From a virus, in the IMG/VR virus record IMGVR_UViG_3300031823_000008, positions 2,247 through 66,246 of that record: DNA of 64,000 nt. One strand, 5' to 3'. The position numbers were made by a program, and so were the translations under genes. The notes below the pieces were generated by a model. The model did not search any database and was not told the DNA's origin. It saw nothing but the letters and a program-made list of their open reading frames with translations. The number at the start of each line of letters is the position of its first letter. The first letter of the stretch is position 1. Positions 46,908-55,387 of the stretch are shown here, in pieces.

Positions 46908-47218
46908 GCGCGCGCATTTCCGATCTCGCCGGCCGCCGATTCGGAAGGCTTAAAATCCCGCCGCGGAGTGAGCCCGAAATCCGCGACCGCCATGCCTACT
47001 GGCCCTGCATCTGTGATTGTGGCGGGAGAACCATCGCCAGAGGATCGAAGCTGCTGGCCGGCGTTACCATATCCTGCGGCTGCTACCGCGCGGATTCGGC
47101 GGTTCGCCAGGGCGCCAGTATGACGATATCGCCTCGGAAGCGCATCGCGCGGGCCAAACTCGGGGGTGCTGCTTATGCCGCCAAATATGCCGGCAAACCG
47201 AAGCCGCTGGGCAGGTAA
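46904..47218 (+). CDS. Protein with the N-terminal domain of HNH/AP2 homing endonucleases but no nuclease domain
   Basis: DLAGRRFGRL...WPCICDCG...G.TISCGC then a short basic tail. Confidence 0.65.
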   Translation: MSARISDLAGRRFGRLKIPPRSEPEIRDRHAYWPCICDCGGRTIARGSKLLAGVTISCGCYRADSAVRQGASMTISPRKRIARAKLGGAAYAAKYAGKPKPLGR

Positions 47219-47307
47219 TATCATACCCTCAGGCGGCCGGCGAGTTCCAAGAGCGCGTCTGAAGATCGCTTGGGGTGGGAAAAACGCGTGGAGGAAACAC
47301 GGCCGCC

Positions 47308-47490
47308 CTACGCCCCCGCCGCCCTCGGCTTCCGGCGCGACTTCTCCCGTTCGAGCACGTCGCGCAGCTCAGGAACATGAAGCAGAATCCGCCGCTCCCG
47401 GCTCAGTTCCTCATCGGTGAGGCCTTTCAATGCTTCGACGTAGGCGTCCAGACTTTGATTGAGGGCTTCACGGCGCAGTTGGGCAATCAT
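47308..47490 (-). CDS. Small hypothetical protein
   Basis: MIAQLRREAL...; ATG lies inside the 25-bp direct repeat. Confidence 0.5.
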   Translation of the reverse strand: MIAQLRREALNQSLDAYVEALKGLTDEELSRERRILLHVPELRDVLEREKSRRKPRAAGA

Positions 47491-47538
47491 ATGTGCAGGA
47501 TACACTTTCAAAAATCAGGAAGAAGCTTCAAGGCGTGA

Positions 47539-47635
47539 TTCGCGGCAACGGGGTGTGATCTGCTGACCGGAATTCTCGGCCCGGGGTAGACGCCATGCGG
47601 CCAAACCGTCGGCGAAGCGCCGCTGGCCGATGGCG
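47539..47635 (+). repeat. Structured repeat motif, copy A1
   Basis: 97 nt, differs from 52844..52940 only at 4 compensatory hairpin positions. Confidence 0.9.
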
Positions 47636-47766
47636 CGGACAGCGCTTCGATGGACCCGGAGCCAGCGGCTTCAACGGGATGGGTCCGAGGCAGTAGGGGC
47701 AGCCGTGCAGCGGCACGATCCGCCGGCAGCGGCGGCATCTCTTCATGCTCCATCATGCGCCCAATG

Positions 47767-47865
47767 CCCGGCGGACGGGCAGCGCTGCATCGGCGACGGT
47801 TTGACCGTCCGCTCTCCCCCCGGGCGCACCGTCCTGCCCCAGCAGCACCCACCTTGTTGCCGCGA
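47767..47865 (-). repeat. Structured repeat motif, inverted copy B1
   Basis: Near-identical to 53605..53704; reverse complement shares TCGCGGCAAC, GCCCGGGG.AGA, CAAACCGTCG..CGCTG with A. Confidence 0.85.
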
Positions 47866-47939
47866 TAAACAGGAGCATGCCGTCACAACTGGGCAATCAT
47901 ATGTGCAGGATACAGGGAATTGGCAGGTAGGCTGGAAGG

Positions 47940-48338
47940 TTATCGGCCGGAGCCGGCATGCGATCCCGGTTCAGCCTTCACCCGCTCCAGCAGAGCTTTC
48001 ACCCGCGCCAGCAGATCTGCCTTCAGGTGATCCTTCTCGAGGATCTGCCACCCGCCATGCAGCACGGCCAGGTCCCCGTCGGCCTTCCCGGTTAGCAGGA
48101 TCACCCGCATCGCCGGCCACGCCTCCTTCAATTTCTCCGCCACATCGGTGCCCAGGATCCCCGGCAGGATTACGTTGGCCAGCAAGAGATCGATGGGGCG
48201 CGGAAAGGCGAGCCCGATGCGAAGACCGTCCTTTCCGGTTTTGGCCGACAGGATTTCATAGGCCTCCGCCTCGAGCAGGATGCTCTTTACCAGCTTCAGG
48301 ATGGCTGGATCGTCTTCGACAATCAGAATCGTTCTCAT
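47940..48338 (-). CDS. Single-domain response regulator (receiver), phospho-Asp apparently replaced by Asn
   Basis: ILIVEDD...IDLLLANVILPG...VILLTG...ILEK. Confidence 0.85.
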   Translation of the reverse strand: MRTILIVEDDPAILKLVKSILLEAEAYEILSAKTGKDGLRIGLAFPRPIDLLLANVILPGILGTDVAEKLKEAWPAMRVILLTGKADGDLAVLHGGWQILEKDHLKADLLARVKALLERVKAEPGSHAGSGR

Positions 48339-48341
48339 AGC

Positions 48342-48632
48342 TCAGGCAGCGCTCCTCATGCCTTTGCAAAACGGCGAATCACAGGCGCACCCTTTGGGAT
48401 GCAACCCGGGCAAACAGTCCCTCCCCCGGATCAATGCGGCGGGATGCTGGAGTGCATAGACTACCAGTTGGGACCTCGAAACTTGGGCTTTCCTGCAGAT
48501 ATCGGCAATGTGGGAGTTTACGGTGTTAACGGTGATTTCGAGCTCGTGTGCGATTATCTTCGCCGGTGAGCCCAGGCAGATCAATTCGAGAATCTCGCGT
48601 CTGCGCCTGCTCAACGTGAAGGTTTGCCTCAA
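48342..48632 (-). CDS. LuxR-family HTH regulator with Cys-rich tail
   Basis: LSRRRREILELICLG...IAHELEITVNTVNSHIADICRK; C.CDSPFC. Confidence 0.8.
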   Translation of the reverse strand: MRQTFTLSRRRREILELICLGSPAKIIAHELEITVNTVNSHIADICRKAQVSRSQLVVYALQHPAALIRGRDCLPGLHPKGCACDSPFCKGMRSAA

Positions 48633-48727
48633 ATAAACTTCCGCATTTCATACGCCAGTCTCCAGAATACCCAGATTTAAAGCTTATACACATAGCCCGC
48701 AACCTCCGCCGGGCGCATCATTGGACC

Positions 48728-49141
48728 GTGGCAACTTCCGAACAGATCGCCATATTTGATGAATTTGGCGATCTTTATCAGGAAAGTCAGATATGGGCAC
48801 CCAAGCAAAAGCGCCTCGACGCTCTCAAAGAAACGATCCGAAGCTGGTACCCCGATGAGGAATTGCATCCGAGCCGTTGGGCTTACCCGGAAGGCAACCG
48901 GTTCGTAATCCAGATCGATCCCCGGCCTTTCGAGAAGTCCTGGGTCTCCATGGCCAAGGTCTGCAAGGCCGCCGGCGGGATGCGAGCCGTTCTCGCAATT
49001 TGCGACGTGACATTCAAGGCATTGGCCGGAGTAGTCGGCAACTCCGCCGCGGAAGCGCTCCAGATCGAAGCCCGCACCGGCAAACGCAAGATCAAAGCCA
49101 TTCAGCGATTGATTGCTGTCGAAATGCCCAAGGCAGCGTAA
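48728..49141 (+). CDS. Hypothetical protein
   Basis: 137-aa ORF, ends KAA. Confidence 0.6.
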   Translation: MATSEQIAIFDEFGDLYQESQIWAPKQKRLDALKETIRSWYPDEELHPSRWAYPEGNRFVIQIDPRPFEKSWVSMAKVCKAAGGMRAVLAICDVTFKALAGVVGNSAAEALQIEARTGKRKIKAIQRLIAVEMPKAA

Positions 49142-49227
49142 GACCTCACCGTGAGATTCGGAAAGTAACCCTTTCGATCCCACAAGACCGCCGGGCCGGT
49201 CTCTAAAATAGTCCGCCCCCCAAAATC

Positions 49228-49560
49228 ATGAACACAGTCGCGTCAACTCGCATTCCCGTATGCAATGGCGAGGGTGTCATTGTCGAACGTGTGGGGCAGG
49301 ACTCGGTTCGCGCACGCCGTCTGGCCGAAGCGCCGAACGCGACCGTGGTCCGCAAGCGCAGGGGGCCAATCGTCAGGATCCTGCTGAAATCCGTGGCGGA
49401 TAATTCGGGAGAAACTTCCCTCCGCGGCAATCCGCGCGCGATGAGCCACGATCACGAGACGGATGTGAATCCTCGGAACGTGTGGATATTGAAACATATC
49501 GTCAGCTCCGCAGCCGATCTCTTCGACACTGTTGTCAATGAGTTGAAAACGGCCGCCTGA
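49228..49560 (+). CDS. Hypothetical protein
   Basis: TGATG coupling to the next gene. Confidence 0.6.
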   Translation: MNTVASTRIPVCNGEGVIVERVGQDSVRARRLAEAPNATVVRKRRGPIVRILLKSVADNSGETSLRGNPRAMSHDHETDVNPRNVWILKHIVSSAADLFDTVVNELKTAA

Positions 49561-49829
49561 TGCCGAATCGCAATAACCGCTGCTCCTGCGGAATCTGTCC
49601 GGCCTGTGCGCGCAGCATCGCGTTCTCCGCCATGCGCTCCGGCCGTTCCGTCTGCCGGTGTGGCTTCGCAAATTGCGATTGCGCCCGATGGGAACGGATC
49701 TATCGCGAGAAGTTCGAGGATCCGGATTATTACGACCTGGTCGACCAGCTCAAGTATCCCAGAACTTCGAACATCACCGAGCAGTATCGCTTTCTTCCGC
49801 CGCACAGCGGCCCCTCCGAGACCCTATGA
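49560..49829 (+). CDS. Small Cys-rich protein
   Basis: CSCGICPAC...CRCG...CDC. Confidence 0.6.
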   Translation: MPNRNNRCSCGICPACARSIAFSAMRSGRSVCRCGFANCDCARWERIYREKFEDPDYYDLVDQLKYPRTSNITEQYRFLPPHSGPSETL

Positions 49830-50596
49830 AATTAGAAGCAGTCATCACGTGCGTGAATTACGGGGATTTTCTCGCTCACACCCTCCCCTACAACAAGGCG
49901 CAGTTCGACAATCTCGTGGTTGTCACCGCGCCAACTGACAACCTGACCCGCCGAGTCTGCGAATTCCATCACGTCACCTGCATCTTGACGGATGAATATC
50001 AGGCCCACTGGGGCAAGTTCAGGAAGGGGGCGGGAATCAATGTTGGCCTGAAGGCTTTGGAGTGCTCGGACTGGATCGTGCAGCTCGATGCCGACATGGC
50101 TATGCCTCCGATGTTCCGCCGCGTGATTGAAACTGCGGACCTGGACAAGTCCTGCCTCTATGGCATCGACCGCTTCATGGTGCCCTCCTTTGATGCGTGG
50201 CTGCAATTCATGACCTGCCCGGCGCTCCAGCATGAGAATGGCTCGTGGATACACACCGAAGCGTTCCCGCTGGGCACGCGCGTGTGGCTGCCGCACACCG
50301 GCGGCTATGTGCCGATCGGGTTCTTCCAGCTCTGGAATAAAGCTGCAGGCGTCGAAGCCTATCCGGCGACGCATGACACGGCTGCCCGCGGAGACATTCA
50401 GTTTGCGCAACTCTGGCCCCGCAACAAACGCCACATGCTGCCCGAGATTATCGGCTATCACCTGGAAAGCGAAGCGGCAACCCACGGCGCGAATTGGAAT
50501 GGGCGTGTGACCAATCGCTTCGGGCCCGATCCGATCTTCAGCCCACCGGTGGCTCGGCCGAAGCCTCCCCAGAGCGATCCGGAAGAGGACTACTAG
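49826..50596 (+). CDS. GT-A fold (family 2-like) glycosyltransferase
   Basis: VITCVNYGDFL, KGAGINVGL, WIVQLDAD, GFFQLW, DIQF. Confidence 0.8.
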   Translation: MKLEAVITCVNYGDFLAHTLPYNKAQFDNLVVVTAPTDNLTRRVCEFHHVTCILTDEYQAHWGKFRKGAGINVGLKALECSDWIVQLDADMAMPPMFRRVIETADLDKSCLYGIDRFMVPSFDAWLQFMTCPALQHENGSWIHTEAFPLGTRVWLPHTGGYVPIGFFQLWNKAAGVEAYPATHDTAARGDIQFAQLWPRNKRHMLPEIIGYHLESEAATHGANWNGRVTNRFGPDPIFSPPVARPKPPQSDPEEDY

Positions 50597-50617
50597 GGCT
50601 CGGGTACGATTTCTGCG

Positions 50618-50908
50618 ATGCAAATTGATTACAAAATCGACCTCGGGCACATCCTGACCGCGGCGGTACTCTTGCTCGGTTTCGCCGTCCAGTACGGGTC
50701 CCTGTCGAATCGTCTGACCGTGGTCGAAGTACAAGCAGCAAAGGCGTCCGCCACCAACGAGACGCTGGTGCTGACGCTGAATTCCCTCCAGGTCACCATC
50801 ACGCGTGTGCAGACCCAGATGGATGAAAGAGAGAAGCGGATTGACGAATCGGTCACCGCCCAGAATCTGCTCGAAGACCGGCGCGATATCCGCAGGGGCA
50901 TCAAGTGA
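50618..50908 (+). CDS. TM + coiled-coil protein (holin/hemolysin-like)
   Basis: IDLGHILTAAVLLLGFAVQY then heptads. Confidence 0.6.
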   Translation: MQIDYKIDLGHILTAAVLLLGFAVQYGSLSNRLTVVEVQAAKASATNETLVLTLNSLQVTITRVQTQMDEREKRIDESVTAQNLLEDRRDIRRGIK

Positions 50909-51006
50909 TTCCGATCGAGCAATGGCCGGAACCTGAGATCTATGAGCTGTTGAGCTGGGATCTTCCTGGTCAGCGCTCGAAGATCAGGCAGCGGCCTAAG
51001 GTGTGA

Positions 51007-51057
51007 TTCGCGGCAAGCGGGTGTGATCTGGTCGCCTAAGAGGCGCTGGCCGATGGC
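51007..51057 (+). repeat. Structured repeat motif, internally deleted copy A3
   Basis: TTCGCGGCAAGCGGGTGTGATCTG joined directly to GTCGCCTAAGAGGCGCTGGCCGATGGC. Confidence 0.85.
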
Positions 51058-51059
51058 AG

Positions 51060-51371
51060 TCAGGCTGACGCGATCGCGGACCGAAAGTAGACGATCTTTT
51101 GGAAACAGGCCATATGGAATTGTGCCTGTTTCACGTGCTTGCCCTTGCCCTGAAATAAGATCACCGGCACCCGATCACGGCATAGCCCGCAATCACCGCA
51201 ATCCTCCGGGTGGTCATCCCATCGAGGATCGTCTTCCGAAACGCCGATAGGCTCCCGGCATAGGGCGCAGCAGCACTCCGGATCTTTGCATCCAGGCTCG
51301 CCGCATGAACCGCGCGACGACCAGCGAATAGCGCCAAGGTATTGGGGCTTTATCTGGAAATCAAGAGCCAT
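51060..51371 (-). CDS. Cys-rich hypothetical protein
   Basis: C...C....CCALC...C.DC.LC...FH..CF. Confidence 0.6.
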   Translation of the reverse strand: MALDFQIKPQYLGAIRWSSRGSCGEPGCKDPECCCALCREPIGVSEDDPRWDDHPEDCGDCGLCRDRVPVILFQGKGKHVKQAQFHMACFQKIVYFRSAIASA

Positions 51372-51377
51372 AGAACC

Positions 51378-52259
51378 ATGAATATCAAACCCATTCGCGA
51401 CGTGCTGGTCTGCCTCGCCCTCGCCGCGTTACTCGCAGTCCTGGTGCAGACCGCCCTCGCTGTCCATTCCGTCAATCTCGCCGTGGCCAGTCTGCCGGCG
51501 CAGCTCACCGGGATCCGCCAGGATCTGACCTCCCAGCTTTCGCGTGTGGTGGACGGCGATCCGCGAAGCCTGGATATCGAAGACAAAGTACCGTTGCGCG
51601 CGCTCTTACTGACGTTTCTGAACGGCCAGATTCGCGGTTTGCGAAGCGATACCAGCAAACAGCTTACCGCCATCGAATTCGATGCCATGACAGCGATTCG
51701 CGAGCAGGGTTCAGCCCTGAACGGCCAGGTGGCCGAAGCGTTGAAGATCACCAATGCGCGGACCGGGCAGGCCCTCGACCAGCTCGCTGAATTGCGCGCC
51801 GATCTGGCGCCGACGTTCAAGAACATGACCAGCATCACGGCTCATGCCGATGAGGCCGCTGCAATTCTCTTCCGGCGCGACGCGCTTCCGGCGCAAACCC
51901 TCGGATTGATCGCGGCCGCCAAAGTCGCCACGGGGCAGACGGCACTGACAATGCGCGATGTCCAGGACGCGATGCCTCAGATGCTCGCGAGCTTCCAGAA
52001 AATCGGCAATAACTCGGACAAGCTCACCGCCGAGACCATCGCCACCGCCAAGGAATCGACCAGGCTGGTAAAGAATCTCGCGGACAATACCACCCCGCTG
52101 CCGAAGTGGATCCGCTACCCGGCGCAGGTCGTCGGGCTTTTGGGAAGTGCCGCCCTCCCTGTCATCGGCATTGAAAAGCTGGCCACTACCAGCACCATTT
52201 CGAGCACCGTCGTGCAGGTGGTCAACGGCAAGTCCGCTACCGCCAAGTCCAAGGAGTAA
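51378..52259 (+). CDS. Membrane-anchored long coiled-coil protein
   Basis: N-terminal TM, helical repeats, C-terminal hydrophobic segment. Confidence 0.7.
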   Translation: MNIKPIRDVLVCLALAALLAVLVQTALAVHSVNLAVASLPAQLTGIRQDLTSQLSRVVDGDPRSLDIEDKVPLRALLLTFLNGQIRGLRSDTSKQLTAIEFDAMTAIREQGSALNGQVAEALKITNARTGQALDQLAELRADLAPTFKNMTSITAHADEAAAILFRRDALPAQTLGLIAAAKVATGQTALTMRDVQDAMPQMLASFQKIGNNSDKLTAETIATAKESTRLVKNLADNTTPLPKWIRYPAQVVGLLGSAALPVIGIEKLATTSTISSTVVQVVNGKSATAKSKE

Positions 52260-52265
52260 TACCCA

Positions 52266-52688
52266 ATGACGTTTTTCACTTCTTTCGAGCATGCGGTAGC
52301 CAAGGGCTACGGTGCGCTGAAATCGCTCGGTGTGAGCGATCTTCCCAAGGTTCAGGCGGCTGTAGCCTTCGCCACCAAATCCATTCCTACCGCTGTAGCT
52401 GTGGCCACCGTGATCGATCCGGCGGCAGGCTCGATTATCTCCGCAGTCGGCAATGCGTCCAATGCCATGCTGGCGAAAGTTACCGTGGCTCTCAATGACG
52501 AGGCGACCATGCAGGCCGCTCTGGCTTCCGGCACTCTGACCATTCAGATCGCAGCCGACGAAATCAATGATGTGAAGGCTTTGACGCCTTCCGTCCTCGG
52601 AGTAGTTTCGGCAATCGGTCTCGGCCACACGATCCCCGTTGTTGTCGCCCCCGTGGTCCCTTCCGCCCCTCATCCGGTCGCAGGGTAA
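52266..52688 (+). CDS. Ala/Val-rich hypothetical protein
   Basis: AAGGAG SD; 140 aa. Confidence 0.7.
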   Translation: MTFFTSFEHAVAKGYGALKSLGVSDLPKVQAAVAFATKSIPTAVAVATVIDPAAGSIISAVGNASNAMLAKVTVALNDEATMQAALASGTLTIQIAADEINDVKALTPSVLGVVSAIGLGHTIPVVVAPVVPSAPHPVAG

Positions 52689-52837
52689 TGTCTCAAACTC
52701 CCATCATCATCGCTCTGGTAGCTCTGGTGCTGGGATTGTCTGCGATTGGAATCGTGTCAGGGAATGCTGCCGTCCTTACGTTGGCGGCAGCAGCCCTTAC
52801 TGGATTATTTGCGTTCCTCCAGCATGAGGAGAAGTAG
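52688..52837 (+). CDS. 49-aa two-TM protein, holin candidate (not in the ORF track)
   Basis: MSQTPIIIALVALVLGLSAIGIVSGNAAVLTLAAAALTGLFAFLQHEEK*; TAATG coupling. Confidence 0.65.
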   Translation: MSQTPIIIALVALVLGLSAIGIVSGNAAVLTLAAAALTGLFAFLQHEEK

Positions 52838-52843
52838 GGGCTT

Positions 52844-52940
52844 TTCGCGGCAACGGGGTGTGATCTGCTGACCGGAATTCTCGGCCCGGGGTAGACGCCA
52901 TGCGGCCAAACCGTCGCCTAAGAGGCGCTGGCCGATGGCG
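52844..52940 (+). repeat. Structured repeat motif, copy A2
   Basis: 97 nt, matches A1. Confidence 0.9.
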
Positions 52941-52957
52941 AGAAAGAAAGAATTTCG

Positions 52958-53404
52958 ATGTATCCGTGTTTCCTGATTGAAGCGATCTACGATGAGCCCG
53001 GCAGCATGCTCCCGGACAAAGGATGGGACCCGCTCGGGCGCTCCATCATGGGCTGGATAAGGAAAGACACGGGCGAGGAACGCCAGCACAACAGTCAGTT
53101 CGGCGTCGGCGCTATGTGGTTCGCCACATGGCAATCTCGCAATTGGGACTGGGAAAACGAGACAGAGCCGCACTTGCTTGTGCGCTGTCCAAACGGCGAG
53201 GGTACGCGCGATTGGGATATCGATTCGCGCTGTAGTAACTGCGGGCTCCCCTCAGACAAAATTCACCGCTGCTGGGTCCGGCACGGAACGCCGCCTCTGA
53301 TCACCGTAGACAAACACGGCGTCACCTGCAATGCCGGCGCGGGAAGCATAGCGCTCCCGAAGTGGCATGGGTTTCTCCGCAACGGCAGTTTAGTGCTGGC
53401 TTAG
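52958..53404 (+). CDS. DUF6527-like Cys/His protein
   Basis: LLVRCPNG...WDIDSRCSNC...HRCWVRHG...GSI....WHGFLRNG. Confidence 0.65.
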   Translation: MYPCFLIEAIYDEPGSMLPDKGWDPLGRSIMGWIRKDTGEERQHNSQFGVGAMWFATWQSRNWDWENETEPHLLVRCPNGEGTRDWDIDSRCSNCGLPSDKIHRCWVRHGTPPLITVDKHGVTCNAGAGSIALPKWHGFLRNGSLVLA

Positions 53405-53416
53405 CGGTTTCATCAG

Positions 53417-53590
53417 TCAGTCGCCTTCCTTCAACGCCCGGATCGCCCGTTCAGTGATTGCGAGGCTCGCCTCCAACTTCCCGCGCCGTTCTCCGTGCGC
53501 GAACTGCAACCGATAAATGAGAGCCTGCCGATAATCTCTCCTATCTTTTAACTGCAGCTCCGCCCGGCCTTTCGCGGTCCTCATCCTCAT
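53417..53590 (-). CDS. 57-aa basic helical protein (not in the ORF track)
   Basis: MRMRTAKGRAELQLKDRRDYRQALIYRL...ALKEGD*, just downstream of motif B2. Confidence 0.45.
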   Translation of the reverse strand: MRMRTAKGRAELQLKDRRDYRQALIYRLQFAHGERRGKLEASLAITERAIRALKEGD

Positions 53591-53604
53591 ACAGCAACCC
53601 TACA

Positions 53605-53704
53605 CCCGGCGGACGGGCAGCGCCGCACCGGCGACGGTTTGACCGTCCGCTCTCCCCCGGGCGCACCGTCCTGCTTAAAGCAGACCACTCTCCGTTGCCG
53701 CGAA
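53605..53704 (-). repeat. Structured repeat motif, inverted copy B2
   Basis: Ends CCGTTGCCGCGAA, the reverse complement of the start of A2. Confidence 0.85.
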
Positions 53705-53711
53705 TAACAAA

Positions 53712-55106
53712 ATGAAACTCCTTACTTTATTTCTCATCTCCCTCGCACTCTGCGCACAAACCCCCGCACACATAGTCCTGATGCAGTATGAGGCATGGTT
53801 CGGTCCCTCAGCAGTAGGCTTCGAATGGAGCACGTCCCAGCCCCTCTTGACCAGTCCCTCCATGCAAGCTGCAGGGCTGAAGGGCTACGACAGCGCAGAC
53901 CCCCTGGTAATCAAGCAGCACGCCGCATGGCTGGAACAGATGGGCGTCGACGGCGTCCTGGTCGACATGACGAACGGCGTCAACTGCTCCTTCTTCCAAG
54001 CCTGGCAGCCCTACTGCGAACAGGCCAACTGGACTTCCTTCCAGGAGATCCGAGCAAACACCGCGAACCTCTACCCCGCATTCACGCAATTGGGAGCACC
54101 GCTCAAAATCGTGCCCCTGGTGGGCGGCGGCGACCCGTCCTACTTCGACCTCGACACCAACGGGAAAACGGCAGTGGAAGAGCAGCTCGACTGGTTCAGC
54201 GTTCTGATCGCGCAATACCCGGCAATGAACGTCACCTTCCAAGGCAAGCCCCTGGTAATCGCCTATATCGGTTGCCCGACGGACATCACCCCAACCGCAG
54301 CCTGGCGACAGATGACGGCGATCGCGGCGAAGTATCCAAACCTGACCATCAAACTCATGGGCGGATTCCAGGACAGCCAAAGCGAACTCTGGGACAACCC
54401 GAGCGGCCTGGACGGACTGAGGGAAATGAGCGCGCAATACCCCGACTGGTCATGGGTCGATCGCCTGAATTCAGCCAGCAGCCTTCTGCCGACGTATGTT
54501 CTCAATCAAGGGCAACCCGAAAACCTGACCGCTTCCATGGCAACCCCCGGGCAGGCCGGCTGGGGAAACGCAACCACCGGAGTCTATGATCCGGAAACCG
54601 GCCAAAACCAGAACGGCAGCACCTTCAACGGATTCATCGCGATCGCAAGCAAGCTGCAGCCCTCGGTCCTGATTCTTCACCAGTTCAACGAATTCAGTGA
54701 AAACGGCTGGGACGTGGTGACCGATACCGACATTGAACCGAGCACCTTCACCGGAATGGCGAGCCTCACCGAAGTCCAGAATGGAATCGCGGCTTACCGG
54801 CTGGCATTGATTCCCCCGGCCACACCGCCCGTCACCGTCACACCCCCGCCCATCATCGTTACGCTGGCCTCCATGCCAATGACAATGGTGCAGGGCACCC
54901 AGACAGTGGCCCTCTCCTACAACCCCTCAAACGGAGTCTGGACAGGCACACCGGCCCCGGTGCAATTCGGAATTCCGGGAGATATGCCGCTCATCATCGA
55001 ATGGCAGGGGGGCAACCACATCGCTGTATGGCGCCCCGGGACCAATCAGGTGATAGTGAACTCCGATAACACCTCCTACCACGGTAGCAACCAGGTGATT
55101 CTGTAA
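53712..55106 (+). CDS. Secreted glycoside hydrolase, GH99/GH71-like TIM barrel
   Basis: MKLLTLFLISLALCA|Q; YEAWF, YDSADP.VIKQHA.WL..MGVDG...D, QFNEF. Confidence 0.7.
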   Translation: MKLLTLFLISLALCAQTPAHIVLMQYEAWFGPSAVGFEWSTSQPLLTSPSMQAAGLKGYDSADPLVIKQHAAWLEQMGVDGVLVDMTNGVNCSFFQAWQPYCEQANWTSFQEIRANTANLYPAFTQLGAPLKIVPLVGGGDPSYFDLDTNGKTAVEEQLDWFSVLIAQYPAMNVTFQGKPLVIAYIGCPTDITPTAAWRQMTAIAAKYPNLTIKLMGGFQDSQSELWDNPSGLDGLREMSAQYPDWSWVDRLNSASSLLPTYVLNQGQPENLTASMATPGQAGWGNATTGVYDPETGQNQNGSTFNGFIAIASKLQPSVLILHQFNEFSENGWDVVTDTDIEPSTFTGMASLTEVQNGIAAYRLALIPPATPPVTVTPPPIIVTLASMPMTMVQGTQTVALSYNPSNGVWTGTPAPVQFGIPGDMPLIIEWQGGNHIAVWRPGTNQVIVNSDNTSYHGSNQVIL

Positions 55107-55387
55107 TGAAGGCCCTGGGAGATCTCCCCCGCGCCATACGGATGGCCTTTCGCATCGCCTGGAATTGCATCCACCCGCGGCGCGATCGCCGCGAACTCAT
55201 CATCCTGCGCGACACCCTGGTGAGCAATTTCAAACGGGCATTTCCCGCGCGCTTCCCAGGCGATTCCCAGGACATGATCGAACTTCTGGCCGCGACCGTG
55301 ATGGTCCAACGGCAGGATATCCGGGCACTCCGACAGATTCTGGCAGCGGTGCGAGCCAGAAAAGGAAACAATGAAGCGAATTCTTAG
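55106..55387 (+). CDS. Hypothetical protein
   Basis: TAATG coupling. Confidence 0.55.
   Translation: MKALGDLPRAIRMAFRIAWNCIHPRRDRRELIILRDTLVSNFKRAFPARFPGDSQDMIELLAATVMVQRQDIRALRQILAAVRARKGNNEANS

Larger units (their letters stand above)
47480..47914 (+). repeat. 25-bp perfect direct repeat pair
   Basis: TGGGCAATCATATGTGCAGGATACA at 47480-47504 and 47890-47914. Confidence 0.9.

Noticed and set aside
47539-47865. Integron attC sites (AAC...GTT ends)
   Set aside because: Ends do not fit RYYYAAC/GTTRRRY, cargo lies inside the inverted pair, and the recombinase does not look like IntI.
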